Below are positions 8,832 through 17,695 of a stretch of 64,000 nucleotides of DNA, piece after piece. The position numbers were made by a program, and so were the translations under genes. Position 1 is the stretch's first letter. Each line of letters begins with the position of its first letter. The DNA comes from Gemmatimonadaceae bacterium (GTDB taxonomy: Bacteria; Gemmatimonadota; Gemmatimonadetes; Gemmatimonadales; Gemmatimonadaceae), in assembly GCA_051859245.1 (NCBI GenBank), contig JBHYGA010000001.1:1245722-1309721 (forward strand). Direction: 5' to 3'. Below the pieces are notes generated by a model that saw only the letters and a program-made list of their open reading frames with translations, was not told the origin of the DNA and searched no databases.

Positions 8832-9131
8832 CTACTCTGACAGCTCTGCCGCAGTACGCGCGTCCATCTCTCTCAGGAATGTTTTGTACGCCTCGGGGCC
8901 GGCGAGCGAAAGTGCCATTTCTCGCGTCATACCGTCTCTCGTGTGCGCTTCAAAAGTGATTCCGTTGTCCTCCCCTGTCGTGCTGAGGTGCGCGGCGAAT
9001 CCGGTGCTGAAGTCCCACGGAATCCCGTTTGGGTAGGCCGCGCACGTGCTGGTGAACGTGATCTTGTGTACGCAATAGACGCAGAGGCCGACTGGTCCGC
9101 CGCCCTCGTGAGGGTTTCGCTTTCGTTTCAT
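8832..9131 (-). CDS. Small CxxCxH...CxAYPxGIP protein (phage-associated family)
   Basis: CVYCVH...CAAYPNGIPWDF...H...GEDNGITFE; ATG at 9131 chosen over track start 9182. Confidence 0.65.
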   Translation of the reverse strand: MKRKRNPHEGGGPVGLCVYCVHKITFTSTCAAYPNGIPWDFSTGFAAHLSTTGEDNGITFEAHTRDGMTREMALSLAGPEAYKTFLREMDARTAAELSE

Positions 9132-9232
9132 TTCGATCCTGTTGAAGTAGCAAGCCAGTTCCAAGTTGCGGCGCGTTCGCAAACTTTCTTCTTTTTTGAG
9201 TTCATTTCACACCTAGTCGGGCCGGAGAAGAA

Positions 9233-9934
9233 ATGCGCGAATACGTAGGTCGAATGACGGTCGATTGGATGCGTGAAATAGTTTTCGACGATCACGCCGA
9301 CTCAAGGAACGATTTCGCTTCAGCTCTCCCAGATGAAGTCACGGCCGCGGTGCAAGCGTTAAGCGACGTGTACGGGGCGTTCCAAGACGTCGTGGCTCGT
9401 TTCCCTTCCGGCGAACGCTCCGCTACTGTTTTCGGCTTTTTGCATGTCGCTAACAACAGCCTCGTTGGCGCGCTCAACTTGCTGATGTCCGGCTACCTCG
9501 TTCCGGCCGGCAACCTAATGAGGCATTTCGCGGAGGCCTCAGCCATGGCGCTGTTGTGTTCGGAACAGACGAACGGGACGCTCGAATCGTATAGAACGCA
9601 TGGAATGAAATATCCATTTCATCATTCCATCGATCGTGTCTCGAAGAAAAAAGTTATGCAGGCGCTGGGTATTGAGCGCGACGAGTGGGAATCATTCAAG
9701 AAGTCTGCGAAGTTCTATGATCTGCACAGTCACGCTTCTGATATGGCCGTTGCTGCGAATATCATCTTCGACAATCCAGGCATGGTGGTGATGGGTGGCC
9801 AGTTTGATCCCGGGAAAGTTGAGCATTACAGACTCGAAAGCGCACAGATCACCTTCGCATCCGTGACACTGCTCGGATTGATGTCAATCGTGGAACGCCA
9901 CCTTATGGCAGCGCAGGGGAATCCTGATTCTTGA
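9233..9934 (+). CDS. All-helical DUF5677/HEPN-like protein
   Basis: GYLVPAGNLMRHFAE and FYDLHSHA motifs; GGAG RBS. Confidence 0.5.
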   Translation: MREYVGRMTVDWMREIVFDDHADSRNDFASALPDEVTAAVQALSDVYGAFQDVVARFPSGERSATVFGFLHVANNSLVGALNLLMSGYLVPAGNLMRHFAEASAMALLCSEQTNGTLESYRTHGMKYPFHHSIDRVSKKKVMQALGIERDEWESFKKSAKFYDLHSHASDMAVAANIIFDNPGMVVMGGQFDPGKVEHYRLESAQITFASVTLLGLMSIVERHLMAAQGNPDS

Positions 9935-9970
9935 GTCGCAAATAAGCACTCCCTAAGCGGGTCCACTCAT

Positions 9971-10840
9971 CTACGTCGGATCGGCGCCGTCGGCAGCTCT
10001 CACGCGCCATCTTCGCGTGTGCAACGCCGCCTTCGCTCCCGATATCTCTGCTCGCCACGCCGCAAGAACAGTCGTGACGGGGTCTTGAGACGCGGTGCGC
10101 ATGTCGCTCGCGGAGTATCCGGTGTAGCAGCGCAGCATGCGGTGCAGGTTGGACGGGGCCGACGCGCCAACGTGGGATGCGATGCGTTCAAACGATTCTC
10201 CATGCGCGCCAAGATACCAGGCGGTGTGAAGCAGGCACGCCCAGTTCGGCAGTCGGTGCGGGGCGAGGGTGGGACACAGGGAGTCCAACTGCCGTCGCAG
10301 CGTACGCTCGGACATGTGCAGGACTCGGGCGAGTGTTGGCACATCGCGAGCAGCGGGATTTAGTCGAACCGCCGCGACGAGCGCTCGAGTGGGCAGATCA
10401 TTGCATGAGCTGCCAATTCGTCCCACAAGAACCTCGGCTACCTTATTGTGTCGGACGGCTCGGAGCGCGTCGTGCAGCGCGAGCGGTGTGCCTTGGAGTT
10501 TGGTGACGACCAAGAGCGCATTTGGCGCGATTCGAGCGCCCCATTGATGTCTCTCGCCGGATGCGTCGGCCGGTAGAAGCAAAACAAACCGAGCCGCCGA
10601 CAGCACGCCCGATCCAGTCCGGTCGGCGTACTGCGCTTCGGCCCATGCAAGCGATGCAACAACGATCGCGCCGTGGGGCGGCGCATCGTTAGGAGCAATA
10701 AACTGCGAAGTGTTGACCACCACCTCGTAGTCCCAACCAGCCGCCGTTCGCACTCCGGCCAACTCCTCGTCGGAGAGGCCAAGCGTTTCAATGCGTTCGC
10801 GAACGTGGTTCGACGGACGGTCTCTACTCGACGAGCGCAT
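9971..10840 (-). CDS. AraC-family transcriptional regulator
   Basis: Two HTHs: VPTLARVLHMSERTLRRQL and FERIASHVGASAPSNLHRMLRCYTG. Confidence 0.8.
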   Translation of the reverse strand: MRSSSRDRPSNHVRERIETLGLSDEELAGVRTAAGWDYEVVVNTSQFIAPNDAPPHGAIVVASLAWAEAQYADRTGSGVLSAARFVLLLPADASGERHQWGARIAPNALLVVTKLQGTPLALHDALRAVRHNKVAEVLVGRIGSSCNDLPTRALVAAVRLNPAARDVPTLARVLHMSERTLRRQLDSLCPTLAPHRLPNWACLLHTAWYLGAHGESFERIASHVGASAPSNLHRMLRCYTGYSASDMRTASQDPVTTVLAAWRAEISGAKAALHTRRWRVRAADGADPT

Positions 10841-12107
10841 TCACCGTTTGGGTCGGAATCCCGATCACTGGCTCAAGGCAAGCGAGCCGAGCGAGCGCAA
10901 CGGAGACCGCCGTGCTCGCTGATGCATCAGATCGCACCATGGCACCAGCAGCGAGAGAGTCGCGCAGCTGATCGACGCGCTGCACATCAAGCAACCTGTT
11001 GGCTGCCCAACCCACCGATTCGTTGCGCGACTGAAGAACGTCGACATCGATTCTGAGTTCGCCAATTAACCGATTCGCCTGATGGTGCTCGCCGAGAAAA
11101 AAGTACGCCTCGAGCGCGTCAAAGCGCGCGTGCAAACGCTCCCACTGTTCGTTCGCGTTCTGCGCCTCTACCAAGAGTGCCTCGACGTGGTGGAGCACGT
11201 CGTTCCGCGTCTCGCTGCGAGTGTCGGCTAGGTGCCACGCATCCAAGGCTGCGCGCAACAAACCTGATAGCGCCGGACGCCGGACGCGCATGGTGCGCGC
11301 GAAGGAGAGTACGACGTTAAATCCTCGCTGCGCTGCACCCAGCTGCCCGCGCAAAAGCGCGAGGTGACTGAGTTCGACGAGCGCCATTCCGCGTCGCTCG
11401 TCTCGCTCGTCAACGAGATCATGTGCATGCCAAGCGTATCGCAGCGCCGCCTCAGTCCGGCCCCGTTTTCGATTCATCACCGCGAGCGTGAGCAGTGCGG
11501 CGACGAGGGCATAAGTCGGCACGACCGCGTGATTCATTGCAACGAGTCGGGAGAAGCGCTCGGCCGTCACGCTGTCATCACGAAACTGCGCGCAAGCGGC
11601 GAGTCCCTGGATGCACGCGCCCCATGCATCGCGGTGACGCGCGCCATTGGCGCGAGCGAGACCACGCTGATACCAGTCCACGGCTGCGTCGATCTCGCCG
11701 CGCTGGCGCGCCAACCGTCCGCGTCGCGCACACACAAGCGCAAGAAACTCCGCTGCGTCCGGCGCGGGAAGTTGCGGTGGCACTTTGGACTCAAGACGAT
11801 CGAGTACGTCGCGCGCGCCGTCGACGTCGCCGACGAAGTCGAGGGCAGAAGCGATACGAAGCCAACGATAGGGAGCTCGTGGCGCCATCTCCTGAGAAAC
11901 GTCCGGCGGCATTGCGGGCACGTGGGCAAACAGCGCTTCCTCGAGCCACGCGGGCGGCGGCGCGCCAGGTCCGACGCCGTCAAACCATGCGAGGGCGAGG
12001 CGAAGTAGTTCACGCACGCCGCCGGAGTCGGACGGCGCGGTGTAGCGGTCTTTCGTGCGAATGCGAGTCACAAAGTAGACGTTGACGCAGCGACTGCATA
12101 TGCGCAA
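10824..12107 (-). CDS. Tetratricopeptide-repeat protein (start uncertain)
   Basis: Repeated TPR-like units RGRLARQRGEIDAAVDWY, LAVMNRKRGRTEAALRYA, LSHLALLRGQLGAAQRGF; overlaps AraC start. Confidence 0.75.
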   Translation of the reverse strand: MRICSRCVNVYFVTRIRTKDRYTAPSDSGGVRELLRLALAWFDGVGPGAPPPAWLEEALFAHVPAMPPDVSQEMAPRAPYRWLRIASALDFVGDVDGARDVLDRLESKVPPQLPAPDAAEFLALVCARRGRLARQRGEIDAAVDWYQRGLARANGARHRDAWGACIQGLAACAQFRDDSVTAERFSRLVAMNHAVVPTYALVAALLTLAVMNRKRGRTEAALRYAWHAHDLVDERDERRGMALVELSHLALLRGQLGAAQRGFNVVLSFARTMRVRRPALSGLLRAALDAWHLADTRSETRNDVLHHVEALLVEAQNANEQWERLHARFDALEAYFFLGEHHQANRLIGELRIDVDVLQSRNESVGWAANRLLDVQRVDQLRDSLAAGAMVRSDASASTAVSVALARLACLEPVIGIPTQTVNALVE

Positions 12108-12240
12108 GTAGGCTCAACAAAGTGCAGTGGACGGAGGAAAACTTGTCCGATTCTGATATTGCTGGACGGAGGTTCGCAGAAGACCTTGTCGTCTACTTCG
12201 CCGGGAAGCGCTATGGACTATCGCATTTCTGGAGGTACGA

Positions 12241-12366
12241 GTGACGATCAATGATAGACCTGTCGCACAACTCGGACTGGTTCTTGCCGCAGTGCCGGCG
12301 AACATAGTTCTGCGGACGCCGGATCAGAAGCGTCGAGGCCGCCAACCCGCACCGGATGTCTGTTAG
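12241..12366 (+). CDS. Candidate 41-aa peptide
   Basis: GGAGG 5 nt before GTG; MTINDRPVAQLGLVLAAVPANIVLRTPDQKRRGRQPAPDVC*. Confidence 0.25.
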   Translation: MTINDRPVAQLGLVLAAVPANIVLRTPDQKRRGRQPAPDVC

Positions 12367-12576
12367 CAAAGCTACTTGGAACTGTCGCGTAGGCAGCCGC
12401 AGCCCTTCCTCGCAACGCAATGTCAAGCGTTGGTCTTCAATGACTTGTTCGCATTGATGCAAAAGATCGCATCTCAGTTTGCCGTTCCTTCCATTCGCGG
12501 CGGTGCTGTAGTGAACGCGTTGTGGCATGCGATTCGCTACCTGCCCGTCCTCACCCACACGCCAGCCAGAGCGCTC

Positions 12577-13704
12577 ATGACTACCATGTCTCATCACGCC
12601 GCAGCACGGACGCTACTCGGCATATCGCTCGTGCTAGCATTCCTATCAGGATGCGACACCGACAGCGCAGTTGCACCAGTGGAACCGCCACCACCATCCG
12701 TCGCACCAAGTCAGGCGCCGCCCGCGCTAATGGCCATGCAGCACTCGAACGCCAACAGCTGCACAGTGCACCTCAATCCCTCGCGAGCAACACGAACGGA
12801 AACGCGCTTGGCGCTGCCGGAGCGCTCGCGACGCGCAGCGCCCGGCAAGCCGCTGTCCCGAATGCAGTTTCTCCGGTGGGACGGTGTGTCCAAGCAGCCT
12901 AGCGCGCTCATTGACTGCGTCATCCCGAAAGACAGTCTCGCCGTTGAAGCGCTGAAGGACTACTTCCTCCGCGATGAAGGGGCTGCCATCGGACAGCGCT
13001 CCCGGACAAGTTCCGCCCTCAACTCCGATGCGAGCGCGCTTGCGAACACGTTCTACGATGGCATGACGTGCTGGTACGATCCGTGGCTTAACGACTTTGA
13101 CTGCGACGGTATAGACTGCACCGCGAATGGTAGCGCGATGGTGGCCGGCGTGAGCCAGATCAATTCGGCTGCTGCGTCGGGAGGGCAAACTAGCGCGACG
13201 CAAGAGCCGAGCGGTCAGTACATCTGTGAAAACGGTTGCACACTCTGGGCAGATGGAATGGGTGGCGTGGGATTCAATTGCCCTGAGGATGACGGTGACG
13301 GGGAGGGTGGTGGTGGGGGGGGAGGTGGCAATCCTGGCCCCGCGCCTGATGAACCCGATGTGGATCCCGCTGGTCTTTGCTCGGACCTGATTGATTCGGT
13401 CGTTGAAGGATCGATGATCGAGTGCGGAGTGGGTCCGGATCCGATCCTAGTGAAGGCGGCAGTTCTCAGGTTATGTCCGCCGACCGCGGTTGGAGTGGTG
13501 ATTCACCCGCAATCACTTCAGACAGTCAGCTTTAGCCTCACACGAGCACCGTCTGGTATCAGGTCGAAATCGTTCGGTGGCGTAGTGCGATATGACGTTG
13601 CCGAATACCGCGGTACCATCTCTCTGGGTGGCGTACCCTCAACTATGCGCGGATCAGTATGGTGCAGCGTTGGAGTTGGCATCTTTGAGCCGGTTCCGAC
13701 TTAG
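12577..13704 (+). CDS. Cys-rich lipoprotein with Gly-rich linker and distinct C-terminal domain
   Basis: Signal ending LAFLSGC; Pro linker; many Cys; DGDGEGGGGGGGGNPGP linker. Confidence 0.75.
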   Translation: MTTMSHHAAARTLLGISLVLAFLSGCDTDSAVAPVEPPPPSVAPSQAPPALMAMQHSNANSCTVHLNPSRATRTETRLALPERSRRAAPGKPLSRMQFLRWDGVSKQPSALIDCVIPKDSLAVEALKDYFLRDEGAAIGQRSRTSSALNSDASALANTFYDGMTCWYDPWLNDFDCDGIDCTANGSAMVAGVSQINSAAASGGQTSATQEPSGQYICENGCTLWADGMGGVGFNCPEDDGDGEGGGGGGGGNPGPAPDEPDVDPAGLCSDLIDSVVEGSMIECGVGPDPILVKAAVLRLCPPTAVGVVIHPQSLQTVSFSLTRAPSGIRSKSFGGVVRYDVAEYRGTISLGGVPSTMRGSVWCSVGVGIFEPVPT

Positions 13705-13785
13705 AACAGTTACGTTTACTGAACTGGCCGTTAAGTTGCCGCGCGCCCATACTATCTTTTTCGCAGCCATTCGGTCTGATGACAC

Positions 13786-14121
13786 ATGTATCCTTCAATC
13801 GACGTTAGCGCTATCCATGCGGGGGCGAGACTTCTACTCGAATTGCAAGATCGACTGCTAGAGCCCATCTCCGACCCCTCTGACCTTTTGTTTCGACGAG
13901 ATATCCAAGGTCTCGCAGGCAGACTATCCGACTCGGACGAGGAAGAGTGGTCGTCGGGTGCGATGCGCTCGGTGCTCTCACCGTTGGATGTTGGAGTAGT
14001 GGAGAAATGCGAGAGGATTCTTTCGTCGACTCACGGCGAAGGCCATCCATCATGGAGCATCGCAGCGGCCAGTGGGCTTGTCGATCTTCGGCTAGAGCTA
14101 ATACGCTACATGCAGTTGTGA
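13786..14121 (+). CDS. Hypothetical 111-aa protein downstream of lipoprotein
   Basis: Same strand, 81 bp after lipoprotein stop, helical acidic composition. Confidence 0.5.
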   Translation: MYPSIDVSAIHAGARLLLELQDRLLEPISDPSDLLFRRDIQGLAGRLSDSDEEEWSSGAMRSVLSPLDVGVVEKCERILSSTHGEGHPSWSIAAASGLVDLRLELIRYMQL

Positions 14122-14446
14122 CCAAGTGCATGAGAAATGCAAAATCGTGAGGAAATGCCTGCGCGGTGGTCTAGGAACAGGTTCTTGTCGGGCTCGCTCC
14201 GGAGGTTTCGACGTACCACAGCACGCGACGGTGTGCGCCGGCCCAACAGTGTGTCTGTTTACACCTAGGTCGCCGGAGCAGGTAGCCGCTCTAGACGTGC
14301 GGTGGCGCGTCTTGGCGAATCTCATGAGCGCTGGTGCGCGGCTGGTTCGGGATTGTAGATCGAGCGCGGCGCCTTCCTCAGGTACGACTTTCTCTTCGAC
14401 GACCACGACTCAGCGTGGCGTTTCCCGCGAAGATTTCCGGTGCGCT

Positions 14447-14486
14447 GGGGGACGATCGGGGGACGATCTTTAAGCTGGGGGACGAT
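14447..14486 (+). repeat. Putative arm-type sites GGGGGACGAT x3
   Basis: Copies at 14447, 14458, 14477. Confidence 0.7.
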
Positions 14487-14592
14487 ATTTCACCCCAAAA
14501 CCGCGAACCTTCTTTGCGAACTCAGCAGTGGAAGTCGTTGTTAATGAACACTTTCCACGTTCACGCAAAAACCAGTTTCGCGTCTGATTCGC

Positions 14593-14640
14593 ATGGGGTT
14601 CAGGGGGTCGCGGGTTCGAATCCCGCCGTCCCGATGTTTG
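14593..14640 (+). repeat. att core 2: 3' fragment of tRNA-Pro(GGG)
   Basis: 48/48 identical to 7931-7978; AAAGTG matches again after one mismatch. Confidence 0.9.
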
Positions 14641-14674
14641 CAAAGTGAAGTGAAATAGAGATTTAAGTCAGACT

Positions 14675-14710
14675 CCCGGCCCCGAGGCGCACTGCGTTTT
14701 CGGGGCCGGG
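14675..14710 (+). terminator. GC-rich hairpin downstream of att core 2
   Basis: CCCGGCCCCGA...TCGGGGCCGGG. Confidence 0.55.
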
Positions 14711-14848
14711 GTACGTTTGGGGGACGAAGTTACAGCAGCGCCAGGCTTCTCGCGTTGCGATCAGAGAGGGCGCCGAGAAATCCGACACGGCGAGTTGGCT
14801 GACATTTTCAGCGCTCCGTCGACGCACAGTGGACGTTCGCTCGCGCCG

Positions 14849-15595
14849 CTAACCACCATAGCGCTCTGTCTTGATATTTGACGCGTCCAAGCCGGCCAGC
14901 AGCACGGCGTCGGTCGCGATGTTGACAAAGCGATTTGACCCGCAGACGAATACGTGGGCGGGCAGTTGAGGAAGCCGTGTTAGCATTTCCTGAACCATCA
15001 CGCCGTCAATCCGTCGTGCAAAGTCCGATGCGCAGGTTGGGCGCTCGCGCGTAATCGCGAGCGCCAGCACGAACGCCGGATCGCTGGTTGCGATGGAAAG
15101 CAACTCTTCTGCAAACAAAACGTCACTCGCCGTTCGCGCGGAGAGGAGCAACGCTGTCGGCACGGACTGGGCCGTATCGCGGCGTTGCCGGATCATTGCC
15201 ATCAACGGCACGAGGCCGGAGCCTGCACCGATCAACAGCACTGGGCCTCCAGCAGGATCAGGCCATAAGAAATGGCCGCCCAGCGGACCGCGAAGCTCGA
15301 TCTCGTCGCCGATCGCCGCGACATCGTGAAAGAACGGCGACACTTCGCCGTCCGCGAGGCGCTCGATGGCGAGCTCGATAATCGGGGACGAGCGTGTCGA
15401 CGACGCGATCGAATAACTGCGCATCGCACGGTAGCCATCAGGCGCGGTCAGTCGGACGTCGACGTGTTGCCCTGCGATATGCACGAACGGATTGCGCAGC
15501 CGAAGGAAGAAGCTCTTGATGCGTGGAGTTTGCTGGACGATGTCGTCGATGACACATGACTGCCACGATGCGATGTGTGCGCTGCGCTCAGTCAT
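14849..15595 (-). CDS. FAD/NAD(P)-binding ferredoxin reductase-type oxidoreductase
   Basis: RSYSIAS, GEVS, GAGSGLVP, FVCGS, ERYG; start overlaps upstream stop. Confidence 0.9.
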   Translation of the reverse strand: MTERSAHIASWQSCVIDDIVQQTPRIKSFFLRLRNPFVHIAGQHVDVRLTAPDGYRAMRSYSIASSTRSSPIIELAIERLADGEVSPFFHDVAAIGDEIELRGPLGGHFLWPDPAGGPVLLIGAGSGLVPLMAMIRQRRDTAQSVPTALLLSARTASDVLFAEELLSIATSDPAFVLALAITRERPTCASDFARRIDGVMVQEMLTRLPQLPAHVFVCGSNRFVNIATDAVLLAGLDASNIKTERYGG

Positions 15596-16193
15596 GGGTG
15601 TATCGTTGCTCACGCCACGGATCGCCGTACATGTGATATCCGCGTAGCTCCCAGAAGCCAGCCTCGTCGCGCGTTGTGAACTGCAACGCATTCACCCATT
15701 TGGCGGACTTCCAGAAGTAGAGGTGCGGCACCAGCAGACGCGCGGGCCCACCATGATCGCGTGAGAGCGGCTCGCCTGCATAGTTGAGGGCGACCATCGC
15801 TTTTGCGGAGAGCAGATCAGTCAGCGGCACGTTCGTCGAATAACCATCGTAGCAGAGCGCCAACACAAACTCGGTGGGCCGCTCGAGTCCTGCGTCAGCC
15901 AGGATGTCTTCGATGAGTACGCCCTCCCACTCGGTATTCAGCTTGGACCAAGCGGTGACGCAGTGAATGTCCTTGGTGACTTTCGTTTTCGGCAAGGTGT
16001 TGAACTCGTCCCAGCTCCACACCTTGACGGGCTTCGGGCCGATCTTGACGGTGAACTTCCAATCCGCAGTGTCCACGGTTGGCGCTGGCCCCGCGGACAG
16101 AACAGGGAAATCCTCCACGAGATGCTGACCTGGCGGAATACGATCGGGGTGCTCGCCGCTTCTCGCGCGGCCGGTGAAGCCTCTGGTTACCAC
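15588..16193 (-). CDS. Sulfite oxidase-like molybdopterin oxidoreductase
   Basis: RIPPGQ, DIHCVTAWS, HGGPARL, YFWKSAKW, GFWE..GYH. Confidence 0.92.
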   Translation of the reverse strand: MVTRGFTGRARSGEHPDRIPPGQHLVEDFPVLSAGPAPTVDTADWKFTVKIGPKPVKVWSWDEFNTLPKTKVTKDIHCVTAWSKLNTEWEGVLIEDILADAGLERPTEFVLALCYDGYSTNVPLTDLLSAKAMVALNYAGEPLSRDHGGPARLLVPHLYFWKSAKWVNALQFTTRDEAGFWELRGYHMYGDPWREQRYTHD

Positions 16194-16347
16194 AGCGAAC
16201 CTCCTGGCTCGTCACGGCAGAACGTAGCCTGTCGTGTGCATATGATGGTGAATATCGGGTGGACGGTTGCAGCGCGCCGTCCGAGAGTATCGCATGCTGA
16301 ATCACACGATCCCCTACCGCGAACGCCTGGTTGTCAGCGACGGGTTC

Positions 16348-16542
16348 TCACCGCTTTCGCTCGTTCTGCGCTCGATCCGACGTTGGCAACGTTGCCCAGG
16401 TCGATGATCCGCTCAGGTTCCGGTTCGTGTCCGCGTCACCGAGATCGGCGTGCTCCTCAGACTCGCGACGCAGCTCCGCCTGCAGATCCGCTTCAGTATC
16501 CGCCAGCGGCTCCGCGTTGTTTCTCTTTGGATCGGGTTTCAT
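16348..16542 (-). CDS. Small acidic hypothetical protein
   Basis: 64 aa with strong GGAGG RBS. Confidence 0.6.
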   Translation of the reverse strand: MKPDPKRNNAEPLADTEADLQAELRRESEEHADLGDADTNRNLSGSSTWATLPTSDRAQNERKR

Positions 16543-16587
16543 TTCTACCTCCGGTAATGGGATTGGGGGTGGGACTGCAGCTGCAGT

Positions 16588-17574
16588 TCAGACTCCTTGG
16601 TAAATCAGTCGAGTAAAGAATGCTGGCCCGATGATGGGCCAGCTCCACGCAGCGTCGAAGTCCGCTGTCGGCCGAGCCGCGACCGCCTGTTCGATCGTTC
16701 GACCCTGCTGTTTCAGTGAGGCCACTTGCTCGCGCGTGGTCACCAACATGTCGCGATATCGCTGTAGCTCTGTGCGTCCTCCCACAGCGCCGTGTCCGGG
16801 CACGAATATGGTCTGGGTCGTCGCTCGCGCGAGATTCCTTTCGGCCGCGGCGATCATGCCGTCAATGCCGCCACCAGTGGAGTAGTCGATGAACGGGTAG
16901 ACGCCGTTCCACCAGGTGTCGCCGAGATGCACGACGTCGACGTCGGGAAGATCGACGAGCAAATCTGAGTCCGTGTGCGCGGGCGCGTACTGGCTAACAA
17001 CGATTTGTCGGCGCCCGAAGTTCAGAATCTCCTCACCGCTCAGCAGCTTCGTCGGTCTGGCCGCCAACGGCGCTGCAGGAAAGGTGAAGTCCCAGTCCTT
17101 CACCGTCGTCGCGATCGAGAGATGGTGCAAGGTGTTGACCTGGCCCGAAAGCTCGGCGCCTCGTTCGCGCATCCACGCGTTGGCGTCGGTGTGATCGAAA
17201 TGCCAATGGGTGTTCACAACCTGACGGATCGGCGCACGACTCACGGTGGCAACGGCCGCCGCAACTTTTGCGCCGACGATCCCCGAGTCGACAAGCAATA
17301 CTCCATCCGCCTCCGTCACGGCAAGCACGTTGCCGCCGGAGCCGGACAGCACGAAGAGCCCGTCGCGTAGCGCCTGCACCTTTATCGGATCTTGAGCGGC
17401 CGCGGCCCGGATCGCCTGCACCGGGCCGTCCTTCGTGGGAAGGCGGAGTGCTCTGTACTCTGCACCCGTCAGTTGCCGCGGCGCGAGCCACGCCGCCGCA
17501 GCGAAAGTGGCGGACACGCCGAGGAAGCGGCGGCGTGAGAGCGTGAGTCTATCGGTGGGCGTGGGATTCGTCAT
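16588..17574 (-). CDS. Tat-exported MBL-fold metallo-hydrolase (cyclase-like)
   Basis: SRRRFLG Tat motif; THWHFDHT, AHTDSD, HLGD, PGHG. Confidence 0.9.
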   Translation of the reverse strand: MTNPTPTDRLTLSRRRFLGVSATFAAAAWLAPRQLTGAEYRALRLPTKDGPVQAIRAAAAQDPIKVQALRDGLFVLSGSGGNVLAVTEADGVLLVDSGIVGAKVAAAVATVSRAPIRQVVNTHWHFDHTDANAWMRERGAELSGQVNTLHHLSIATTVKDWDFTFPAAPLAARPTKLLSGEEILNFGRRQIVVSQYAPAHTDSDLLVDLPDVDVVHLGDTWWNGVYPFIDYSTGGGIDGMIAAAERNLARATTQTIFVPGHGAVGGRTELQRYRDMLVTTREQVASLKQQGRTIEQAVAARPTADFDAAWSWPIIGPAFFTRLIYQGV

Positions 17575-17695
17575 GGCTCGTCCGTGGGAAGGAGTAACGA
17601 TGCGATTCAGCGCCGGCGACCGGAGTGTCGTCTGCACGACCGTGGTAAATGGTCGCATTGCAGAACGGTGGGCGCGTCTGTCCTCTGGACGATCA

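Larger units (their letters stand above)
7979..14640. mobile_element. Second tandem island at the tRNA-Pro site, no integrase
   Basis: Bounded by 48-bp identical direct repeats; orphan cargo with visibly more AT-rich stretches. Confidence 0.75.

Noticed and set aside
13290..13330. G-rich tract as phase-variation site (also 51940-51985)
   Set aside because: Encodes in-frame Gly linkers with mixed codons
14098..14470. Integrase remnant next to att core 2
   Set aside because: No recombinase motifs seen in the frames examined
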